Source: Vicinamibacteria bacterium
Lineage (GTDB): Bacteria > Acidobacteriota > Vicinamibacteria > Fen-336 > JAGNNV01
Direction: 5' to 3'
Length of the DNA: 64,000 nucleotides
Assembly: GCA_031362685.1 (NCBI GenBank)
Contig: JANLSZ010000354.1
Span: forward strand, 1,139-65,138
This document shows, in pieces, positions 55,627-62,972 of this stretch. Every line of letters starts with the position of its first letter. The stretch's first letter is position 1. Under the pieces are notes generated by a model. It was not told the DNA's origin and made no database searches. It worked only from the letters and a program-made list of their open reading frames with translations. Both the position numbers and the translations under genes were made by a program.

Positions 55627-57210
55627 GTGAGCCACACCTGCGAGCACTGCAAGTCGCTCCTGATCGTCGAGGCGCCCGAACGCGAGGAGGTCTTCGTCGA
55701 GCCCGCCCGGGTCAAGCCGGTCGAGATCCTCGAGACGCTCATTGGCTATCGCGTCGACGCCCACCGTGCGGCCCTCGTCGCCCAGTACAGCGACCCAGAG
55801 GGAAACCCGCCTCCCGACATCATGATCGAGGCGCTGCTGAAGCGTTTCGAGTCCCGTCTGCGCGAATCCGCGAAGATCGTCGATTGCCGGCTCGTTCAGG
55901 TTCCCTACCGCCAGACCGCGGGGAAGATCGTCCAGGCCGTCCTTGGCCGTCACAGCGACGGGCCCAAGATCGCGCGCCTCCGCGCCTACATCGCAGAGCA
56001 GACCGCCCCCGGCTACGACCCCGCCCGCTTCAACCTGCGCGATGCCGGACTGCGCCTCGGTCGCAGCATCTTCAAGCCGCTGCTGAGCGCCGACGTGCCG
56101 AAGCTCGGCCATTTCGTGCCGCGCGCCCCCGCGGACGCTTCGCGGCGCGACCTCGAGAAGTGGCGCGGCCAGAATCTCGAAGCCGGCTTCGAATCGGTGG
56201 CGAAGCAGGGCCAGGTCGCAGTCACGTTCGAGGCCACGGTGTATCGCCCCTATTACCTGGTCCGGGCCTTCCTCGACCAGGGCGACGAGACCGTCCTCTT
56301 CGATGGTGGCTTCGGGACTATCGCGGGCTACCTCAGCGACGAAGAACACGACGCGTTCACCCGCGGCAAGGACGCGGACCCGCTCGGGACCGAAGGCGCC
56401 TCGTTCCGGCAGGTTGCCGTGGTGTCCTCACGCTGCCCCAACTGCGGCATGGACCCAGAGCTCCCCGACGATGCGGTGGCGTCGATCTGCGCCAATTGCC
56501 ACGCGGGCGTGGCCCCGTCGCCCAAAGGTCTCGTGCTGGCGAACTACGACCGCGAAGAAGGCACGACCCCGGATCGGACGAGCGCGCTGCTGCCCTTCTG
56601 GCGGTTCCCTTTTCAGATCGGAATCGTGGGCGCCCCGGCCGTAAAGACGCTCGAAGCGTATGCCGCCGCCATTTTTCCGCAAGGGGTTCCCAAGGGCTTC
56701 TCACCTCAAGGCGATTCCGTGTACGTCCCCGCCTGGCGCCTTCTCACCACGGAGGCCGGGGACAAGACGTTCTCCGATCTGGCCCAGTCCATTCACGGGC
56801 GGGCGTGGAACTGGACCCCGGATCGGGTGGGCCTCGACGCCCGGCCCCGGTTCGTTCCGGTGTCGCTCCCCGAGGGCGAGGCGAAGAACCTCGCCGGGAC
56901 GGTGCTCTTCGCGCTTCACACCAAGGCTTCGGCGGCTCGGCTCAACACTCTGCTGATCAAGCGCACGCTCTTCGACGCGAAGCTCTCCTTCGGCAAGGGC
57001 ACGGTGGCGCTTATCTCTTTCGAGGCGCAGGACAAGGTCTACGCGCGACCCGAGGTGAGCGTGCCGTGCCTCCTCATCGACGGCGGCCCGGCGCTCGCCG
57101 CCCGGCGCGTTACGGTGCAGGCGGCGGCGGCAGCCTTCGCGGCGGCGCAGAAACGCCCGTCGATGGCGGACCGGGTCAGGACGTCGCAGTTCACCGGGGG
57201 CGAGGAATGA
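55627..57210 (+). CDS. Soluble double zinc-ribbon protein (hypothetical); true start probably upstream at a non-canonical codon
   Basis: Has CEHC at the N-terminus and a second ribbon CPNCG...CANCH mid-protein, with no TM. The upstream in-frame CPHCGG (55585-55602) would complete the first ribbon (see findings). Confidence 0.6.
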   Translation: MSHTCEHCKSLLIVEAPEREEVFVEPARVKPVEILETLIGYRVDAHRAALVAQYSDPEGNPPPDIMIEALLKRFESRLRESAKIVDCRLVQVPYRQTAGKIVQAVLGRHSDGPKIARLRAYIAEQTAPGYDPARFNLRDAGLRLGRSIFKPLLSADVPKLGHFVPRAPADASRRDLEKWRGQNLEAGFESVAKQGQVAVTFEATVYRPYYLVRAFLDQGDETVLFDGGFGTIAGYLSDEEHDAFTRGKDADPLGTEGASFRQVAVVSSRCPNCGMDPELPDDAVASICANCHAGVAPSPKGLVLANYDREEGTTPDRTSALLPFWRFPFQIGIVGAPAVKTLEAYAAAIFPQGVPKGFSPQGDSVYVPAWRLLTTEAGDKTFSDLAQSIHGRAWNWTPDRVGLDARPRFVPVSLPEGEAKNLAGTVLFALHTKASAARLNTLLIKRTLFDAKLSFGKGTVALISFEAQDKVYARPEVSVPCLLIDGGPALAARRVTVQAAAAAFAAAQKRPSMADRVRTSQFTGGEE

Positions 57211-57212
57211 GG

Positions 57213-57498
57213 GGTTGGTAGTGGTGGGAGGGGGTTGCTTCGTCGCAGTACCGAAACGAATGGCTCCTCGCAATGACGTGAGGTGGGTACGGGCGGACAG
57301 CACGAGCTTGGTAGTTGGGACCGTCGCATGTGGTACAGCGAACCCTACCGCGCCCCCTGCACTGCGCCTCGCGCCACCCCGACGGCGCGTCACCCCACTA
57401 CCAGGCTCGTGCTGTCCGCCCGTACCCCCCTCACGTCATTGCGAGGCCCCAGTCCGTTGGTGGTGGGCCGAAGCAACCCCCTCCCACCACTACCAACC
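57213..57498. repeat. Composite ~286-bp palindrome (two ~105-nt inverted arms, 74-nt spacer) of the same element family
   Basis: The left arm is 57213-57319 and the right arm is 57394-57498. The terminal 30 nt are a perfect inverse complement (ggttggtagtggtgggagggggttgcttcg). The inner blocks ctcgcaatgacgtgagg and gggtacgggcggacagcacgagc are also shared. Confidence 0.85.
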
Positions 57499-57506
57499 AA
57501 GTCTGC

Positions 57507-58598
57507 TCAGTTCGATCCGGCGATCGAGATCACCACGATGGCGACGATGATCGCGGCCACCGCGGCGAAGAAGATCTTCACCCACGAGAGCGGGTGCTCG
57601 CCCGCGATCTTGCCGGTGTATCCGTTCACCACCACCTGGTAAGGCTTCGCGCGGTAGGCATAGGAGAGCAGCCAGACTGGAACCAGGACGTGCTTGAAGG
57701 TCTGGGCCGAGTACTGCTGCTGGGTCTGCAGATTGCGGGAGGTGTCGCCCGGGACCTGCTGAGCACACAGCGCTTCGGTCTTCGCGTGCATTTCGACGCG
57801 CCAGACCTGGGCGGCGCTCGCGAGGTCGATCTGATACCGCTCGACCACGAAACCGGCCAGGTACCCCGAGTCGTACGGCGCCGCCTCCTTGGTCGGGAAA
57901 GGTTCGACCTGGCGAAGGAGAGTGGGATGCACGCCCTTCGAGCCGCAGATCAGTTCGTCGTCGAAGAAGTGATCGAGTTGACCCGAAGCCGGACTCCAGC
58001 GCGTATGGCGGACCTGGCGCGTCCGGCGCTGGCCGTTCTCGGTGTAGCTCTCGGTGGTGTAGTAATAGGTGCCCGATTCCGCCGTCCACGCAGCGTGCAC
58101 TCGCGCGTCAAACGTCCAGTACGGCACATACAGGCCGCGGAGAGTGTCGGTCATGGCCTTCTGCCCGAGCGCATTCGGGGCGAACCAGCGTGAGCCGTAC
58201 CAGCGCCGCATGTCTTCACGCACCCGCGACTCCGACACCTTCATGGGCAGCAGGCTCTCGGGCCGGATGATCTCGTTCACACCCTCGTAGGGCACCAGCG
58301 ACGCCGACCCGCAGAACTCGCAGTTCTGGGCCACGCGGTTCGGTTCGAACGACGAGATGGCCTGGCAGCTCTGGCACTTCACCTCGATGGCTTCGCGGGC
58401 GAGGCCGGTCTCGCGACCCTGGAGGGAGGCGAGGGCCTGCGGGAGATCGTGTTCAACGATCTCGCCCTCGGTCTTGAGCTCCGCCGCGGACTCGGTGCCG
58501 CAGAAGCCGCAGATCAGAGCGTTCTTACCCGGATTCCAGGTGGCCTGCGCCCCGCACGCGGGGCAGGAGTATTTGACGCTTGCGAGCACTTCACTCAT
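57507..58598 (-). CDS. YdjG-like double zinc-ribbon protein with C-terminal TM anchor
   Basis: The ribbons are CPACG...CGFCG and CQSCQ...CEFCG. The C-terminal hydrophobic helix is IFFAAVAAIIVAIVVISIA. The position next to an SPFH gene mirrors B. subtilis ydjG-ydjI. The ORF is listed to 58610 (TTG), but ATG 58598 is preferred. Confidence 0.65.
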   Translation of the reverse strand: MSEVLASVKYSCPACGAQATWNPGKNALICGFCGTESAAELKTEGEIVEHDLPQALASLQGRETGLAREAIEVKCQSCQAISSFEPNRVAQNCEFCGSASLVPYEGVNEIIRPESLLPMKVSESRVREDMRRWYGSRWFAPNALGQKAMTDTLRGLYVPYWTFDARVHAAWTAESGTYYYTTESYTENGQRRTRQVRHTRWSPASGQLDHFFDDELICGSKGVHPTLLRQVEPFPTKEAAPYDSGYLAGFVVERYQIDLASAAQVWRVEMHAKTEALCAQQVPGDTSRNLQTQQQYSAQTFKHVLVPVWLLSYAYRAKPYQVVVNGYTGKIAGEHPLSWVKIFFAAVAAIIVAIVVISIAGSN

Positions 58599-58611
58599 GG
58601 ACGCTCGCAAG

Positions 58612-58727
58612 CGTCATTGCGAGGAGCCGCTCCGTTGGCGCTGCGACGAAGCAATCCCCTCCCACCACGACCAAGCCCGCGAGATTGCTTCGTCGCAGCA
58701 CCAACGGAGTGGCTCCTCGCAATGACG
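58612..58727. repeat. 116-nt near-perfect hairpin (45-nt arms, 26-nt loop) of the same element family
   Basis: cgtcattgcgaggagccgctccgttggcgctgcgacgaagcaatc pairs with gattgcttcgtcgcagcaccaacggagtggctcctcgcaatgacg, with 2 mismatches in 45. It lies between two co-directional genes. Confidence 0.85.
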
Positions 58728-58751
58728 GCGCGTTTTAGAAGCTCAGCGCCG

Positions 58752-59837
58752 TCAACTCTTCAGAAATGCGTCGAGGGCTGCCCGCGTGATCCGGAACTGA
58801 GAACCGATCTTCTTCGCCTTCAGGTCGCCGGATTCGATTGTAGCGATCACGTCGGCTTCCGAAACGCCCATGAGCTTCGCGGCATCCGCCGGCCCGAGCA
58901 GTTCGGGAATCGACGAGGCCGCCGCCGCTGGGGCCGCACTCGCCACCGGAAACGCGCCGGCCGCGGCCTGCGAGCCGGGCTGGGCCATGCCCTGCATCAT
59001 CTGCTGGGCCATGGCAAAGCCCATCGCCATCTCCATGGGACCGCCGGCGCCGCCTCCCGCACCGCCAGGCTGAACCACCGACTGCCCCATCTGGTACTTC
59101 ACGTAGTCGTTGAGATTGCCGAGGGTGGCCATGGCACCCTTCTTGTCGATGGCCTGCTCGACTTCGGGCGGTACCGAGACGTTTTCGATCAGGAAGGTCG
59201 AGAGTTCGAGGCCGTACTTCTCGCGGATCTTCGGATTGATGACGTTCAGGAGGGCGTCGCCCAACTCGCCGTATCGGCCGACCAGGCCCACCACCGGAAT
59301 CTTCGCGGCGCCGAGCGCGTCCGAGAACATCGAGACGAGGCGCGAGCGCATGGTGTCGGCGAATTCGTCGATCCGGAAGTTGGTGTCGGTGCCCGCCACT
59401 TCCTTCAGGAAGACCTTCGGATCCACCACCCGGAAGTCGTAGGTGCCGTAAGCACGGACGCGCACGATGCCGAAGTCCGGATCGCGCATCATGATGGGAT
59501 TGGCGGTCCCCCACTTGTTCCCGGTGAAGAGACGGGTGTTGACATAGTAGATGTCGGCCTTGAAGGGGGACTCGAAACCGTACTTCCAGCCCTTGAGCCT
59601 CGACAGCACGGGGATGTTGTCGCTGACCAGGGTGTGCTTGCCGGGAAAGAAAGTGTCGCCGAACTGGCCCAGGTACACGAATTGAGCGAGCTGCGATTCG
59701 CGCACGATGAGCTGCGCGCCGTTCTTGATTTCCTTGTCATCGTCGGGGAACAGCCAGGAAATGGTGTCGCGCGAGTCATCCTGCCACTGGATGATTTCGA
59801 GCAACTGGCTGGTGATGAAACTCTTCAGGTCGACCAT
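58752..59837 (-). CDS. SPFH/band-7 (YdjI / 'virion core protein'-like, COG4260-type) protein with C-terminal excisionase-type HTH
   Basis: The N-terminal ~270 aa match the YdjI-like SPFH pattern (...IVRESQLAQFVYLGQ...FKADIYYVN...). A Gly/Ala/Met/Gln linker follows. The C-terminal LLGPADAAKLMGVSEADVIATIESGDLKAKKIGSQFRITRAALDAFL resembles HTH_17. AAGGAG precedes the ATG. Confidence 0.7.
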   Translation of the reverse strand: MVDLKSFITSQLLEIIQWQDDSRDTISWLFPDDDKEIKNGAQLIVRESQLAQFVYLGQFGDTFFPGKHTLVSDNIPVLSRLKGWKYGFESPFKADIYYVNTRLFTGNKWGTANPIMMRDPDFGIVRVRAYGTYDFRVVDPKVFLKEVAGTDTNFRIDEFADTMRSRLVSMFSDALGAAKIPVVGLVGRYGELGDALLNVINPKIREKYGLELSTFLIENVSVPPEVEQAIDKKGAMATLGNLNDYVKYQMGQSVVQPGGAGGGAGGPMEMAMGFAMAQQMMQGMAQPGSQAAAGAFPVASAAPAAAASSIPELLGPADAAKLMGVSEADVIATIESGDLKAKKIGSQFRITRAALDAFLKS

Positions 59838-59891
59838 GGAAATCTCCTTCTGGCGCTCTGGACGAGCGGGAACTGCGATTCTGCCCGCGGT

Positions 59892-60752
59892 TTAGCGATT
59901 GCGCAGCGCCTGGATGCGAACCTCGAGGGGAGGATGGGTCGAGAACAAGGCCATGAAGCCGGGAGCGCCGGAGATCTTGAAGCTCGCGAGCGCGGGAGCC
60001 CGAGGATCCATGGTCTGCGGACCTTCGGCGAGGCGCTGCAAAGCCGCCACCATGTTCTCGCTGCCCGCCAAGGCAGCGCCGCCCGCGTCGGCCCGGAACT
60101 CGCGGTGTCGCGAAAACGACGCGGTGACCAGCGAGCCCGCGATTCCGAGGACGATCTCGGCCACCACCCGGACCCCGAAGTACATCATCGACGAACCCCG
60201 CTCACCCCGCGAGTTGCCCGCGACCACGGAGGCGATGATCCTGGAAATGAACATCACGAAAGCGTTCATGACGCCCTGGAGCAGAGTCATGGTCACCATG
60301 TCGCCGTTGGCGACGTGGGACAGTTCATGACCGAGCACGGCTTCAAGCTCGTTGCGCTTCATGGCGCGCAGGATGCCGGTGGAGACCGCCACCAGGCTGC
60401 GATTCCTCGACGGTCCGGTGGCAAACGCGTTGATCTCGGGTGAATTGTAGATCCCGACCTCGGGCATGGGGAGCTGCGCCTGCTGGGCCAGCCTCTGCAC
60501 GGTTCGGTACAGCCAATCCGCATCGGGGTTGCCGGTATCTCCGTCGACGAGCTGCACGCCCATGCCGCGCTTGGCCATCCACCGGGAGATAAGCAGCGAG
60601 ATGAACGCGCCGCCCATGCCCCAGACGAAGCAGAAGATGGCCATCGGCACCAGGCCGCCGTCCGAGCGGACGCCGAGCAGGCCGAGGATGATCGAGATCG
60701 TGGTGACGACCGCGAGGTTGGTGAGCAGGAATAGAAAGAGTCGCTTGGCCAC
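59892..60752 (-). CDS. htpX: Zinc metalloprotease HtpX (M48 family)
   Basis: Has the HELSHVANGD (HExxH) motif, four TM segments, and the typical N-terminus MAKRLFLFLLTNLAVV. Confidence 0.9.
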   Translation of the reverse strand: MAKRLFLFLLTNLAVVTTISIILGLLGVRSDGGLVPMAIFCFVWGMGGAFISLLISRWMAKRGMGVQLVDGDTGNPDADWLYRTVQRLAQQAQLPMPEVGIYNSPEINAFATGPSRNRSLVAVSTGILRAMKRNELEAVLGHELSHVANGDMVTMTLLQGVMNAFVMFISRIIASVVAGNSRGERGSSMMYFGVRVVAEIVLGIAGSLVTASFSRHREFRADAGGAALAGSENMVAALQRLAEGPQTMDPRAPALASFKISGAPGFMALFSTHPPLEVRIQALRNR

Positions 60753-60943
60753 GGTTTTGTCCTCAGGGAAGAAGGTGCGGGTGGAATCCTAGCGACTAAC
60801 CACCGCGGGCCGGAAATCAATGCGAATTACCATCACCGGCGCAATCCGCCATTCCCAATGGCAAGGCGGGCCCTTTTGGGGATTACACTCCGGTCCATGA
60901 TCAAGGGGCGGTAATCGCAAACCTGCGAGGTAGGGCCTCATAC

Positions 60944-61369
60944 ATGGAAATGGAGCGGACAATGGCGAATCTAGCGTTGGCCTTGGCGGCACTTCAGGAG
61001 GGGGGCGGCAGCGAAGGACCGGGGCTGGCGGGCGGCCTGCTCGGCCTGGGCTTCCTCCTGTTTATGGGAGCTTTCGTGCTGCTCATGATCGCCTCCGTGT
61101 GGAAGGTCTTCGTGAAGGCGGGCAAGCCCGGATGGGCTTCGCTCATCCCGATCTACAACATCATCGTGCTACTGGAGATCACTGGCAAGCCGATCTGGTG
61201 GATCGTCTTGTTCTGCATACCGTTCGTGAACTTCATCGCCGCGTTCCTGGTGATGATCCCCCTGGCGGAAAAGTTCGGCAAGGGCACGGGCTTCGGGATC
61301 GGGCTGGTGTTTCTGTCGTTCGTGTTCTTCCCAATGCTGGCTTTCGGGGACGCTCATTACCGAGGCTGA
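60944..61369 (+). CDS. DUF5684-like small membrane protein
   Basis: WKVFVKAGKPGWASLIPIYNIIVLLEITGKPIWW...FGKGTGFGIGLVF is the characteristic pattern of this family. The call is from memory. Confidence 0.55.
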   Translation: MEMERTMANLALALAALQEGGGSEGPGLAGGLLGLGFLLFMGAFVLLMIASVWKVFVKAGKPGWASLIPIYNIIVLLEITGKPIWWIVLFCIPFVNFIAAFLVMIPLAEKFGKGTGFGIGLVFLSFVFFPMLAFGDAHYRG

Positions 61370-62364
61370 GAACCGCGAATGAGGGGCGGATCCGCTTCAA
61401 CCAGCATGGCGGCCAGCAGTGGAATCATGATCTCGTGGTGTCCGGTCAGGGAGTAGCCACGACCGACGCCTTTGGTGGGGCGGTTTACCACGTTCGTGTT
61501 GGGCCGATAGCCCTGGATGAAATCGAAGTTGGCAGTGGTGAAGTCTTCGATCCTGTGACCCAGGTTGCGGGCGAGGGTGACCGCCTTCAGAAAGACTTCG
61601 GGCAGGAGCACGGCCGAGCCGATGTTGAGATAGACGCCGCCCCCGCCGAGGCGCGCCACTTCGCCAGCCAGGATTCGGAAATCGAGATGCGACCCGCGAC
61701 CGACCGCGCCCGGATCGCATGACGGGTGCATGTGGACGATGTCGGTGCCGATGGCGACATGGACGGTGGCCGGGATCTGAAGGCGCGAGGCCGCGGCGAG
61801 GATCGAGAAGCGCTTGAACTTCGTGCCGCGCCGTCGCTCGATGTACCGGCCTACGGAGGCGCCCAGGCCCAGGCCGTCGCGGTCGCCCAGGGTGATCGCC
61901 TTGTTGATTTCTTCGCCGGTTTCGCGGGCCATGCCAAACTCCCCGCGGCCCAGAACCGCGTCGACCTCTTCGGACGTCTGACCGGCGACGGCGGTCTCGA
62001 AATCGTGAACGATCCCCGCGCCGTTGAGCGCGATGGCGGTGATGAAGCCGCGCTCCATCAGATCGATCACCAGCGGAGCGAGCCCGACCTTGAGCACGTG
62101 CGCGCCCATGCCCCAGATCAGGGGGCGCTTTCGCTCCCGCCCGCGCACCAGATTCGCGGCCACCGCGCGAAGCTGATCGGCGGCCAGGATCTTCGGAAGG
62201 GACGAGACGAAGCCGGAGAGCCTGGCCTCGCGCGCATGCGGTCGTCCGAAGTCCGCGACGCTCACCTTGCTCACGCGCGAGGCGAGCGGGTACGTCCGGA
62301 CGCGCGAAAGATCGAGCGGCCGGCGGGCGCGGAATTTCCGAGCCGGCGCCTTCTTCGAAATCAC
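61357..62364 (-). CDS. Deoxyhypusine-synthase-like (DHS-like NAD-binding fold) family protein, tentative
   Basis: ...LIWGMGAHVLKVGLAPLVIDLMERGFITAIALNGAGIVHD...VHVAIGTDIVHMHP... resembles DHS-like proteins. GTG 62364 overlaps the upstream TGA (GTGA). The ORF is listed to 62391. Confidence 0.35.
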   Translation of the reverse strand: MISKKAPARKFRARRPLDLSRVRTYPLASRVSKVSVADFGRPHAREARLSGFVSSLPKILAADQLRAVAANLVRGRERKRPLIWGMGAHVLKVGLAPLVIDLMERGFITAIALNGAGIVHDFETAVAGQTSEEVDAVLGRGEFGMARETGEEINKAITLGDRDGLGLGASVGRYIERRRGTKFKRFSILAAASRLQIPATVHVAIGTDIVHMHPSCDPGAVGRGSHLDFRILAGEVARLGGGGVYLNIGSAVLLPEVFLKAVTLARNLGHRIEDFTTANFDFIQGYRPNTNVVNRPTKGVGRGYSLTGHHEIMIPLLAAMLVEADPPLIRGSQPR

Positions 62365-62930
62365 CGAAGTCGCTCTTCGAGCAGCTCGCACAGGATGTGA
62401 TTCATCAGGTGATGAACTTCCTGAATGCGGGGCGTTTCCTTCGAAGGAACCGCGAAGAGGTGATCCACCAGGGCCGCCAGTTTGCCGCCGCCTTCGCCGG
62501 TCATGCCCACGGTGAGCAGGCCACGCGCCTTCGCAACGTGGACCGCCTCCAGGACATTCCGGGAGTTGCCGGAGGTGCTGATGGCGATCGCGATATCCGA
62601 GGGACGGCCGTGAGCTTCCAGTTGGCGCTTGAAGATGTGCTCGTAGCCGTAGTCGTTGCCCACTGCGGTCATGATCGCCGAGTCGGTGGTGAGAGCCAGC
62701 GCGGGAATAGGCGGACCCTCCTTGGTGAAGCGTCCCACCAGTTCCCCCGCGAAGTGCTGAGCATCCGCGGCCGAACCGCCGTTGCCGAAGACCAGGACCT
62801 TCCCGCCTTTTCGGACCCGATCGGCGATCACGTCTGCGAGGGCCACCAGATTTTCAGCCTGGATCGCGAAAAAGCGCGTCTTCACGTCAAGGCACTCCGC
62901 AACCACTTCGTCGATGCGTCGTTTGGACAT
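62361..62930 (-). CDS. gmhA: SIS-domain sedoheptulose-7-phosphate isomerase-like protein
   Basis: VFGNGGSAADAQHFAGELVGRF...AISTSGNS.NV...MTGEGGGKL... are GmhA-type SIS motifs. Confidence 0.75.
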   Translation of the reverse strand: MSKRRIDEVVAECLDVKTRFFAIQAENLVALADVIADRVRKGGKVLVFGNGGSAADAQHFAGELVGRFTKEGPPIPALALTTDSAIMTAVGNDYGYEHIFKRQLEAHGRPSDIAIAISTSGNSRNVLEAVHVAKARGLLTVGMTGEGGGKLAALVDHLFAVPSKETPRIQEVHHLMNHILCELLEERLR

Positions 62931-62972
62931 TGCCGGGCAATTATCCCCTGAGACACCCGGCAGAGCGGTCGG

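Noticed and set aside
54477-57221. A 914-aa ORF spanning the third amidohydrolase, a repeat element and the zinc-ribbon gene.
   Set aside because: It is Arg/Pro/Gly-rich nonsense typical of an off-frame read through high-GC coding DNA. It overlaps two well-supported genes in other frames.
55484-58727. Whether the recurring CGTCATTGCGAGG elements are a CRISPR array.
   Set aside because: The copies occur in both orientations as inverted pairs, at irregular spacing and separated by whole genes. No cas genes are present. They behave like a REP/MITE-type family.
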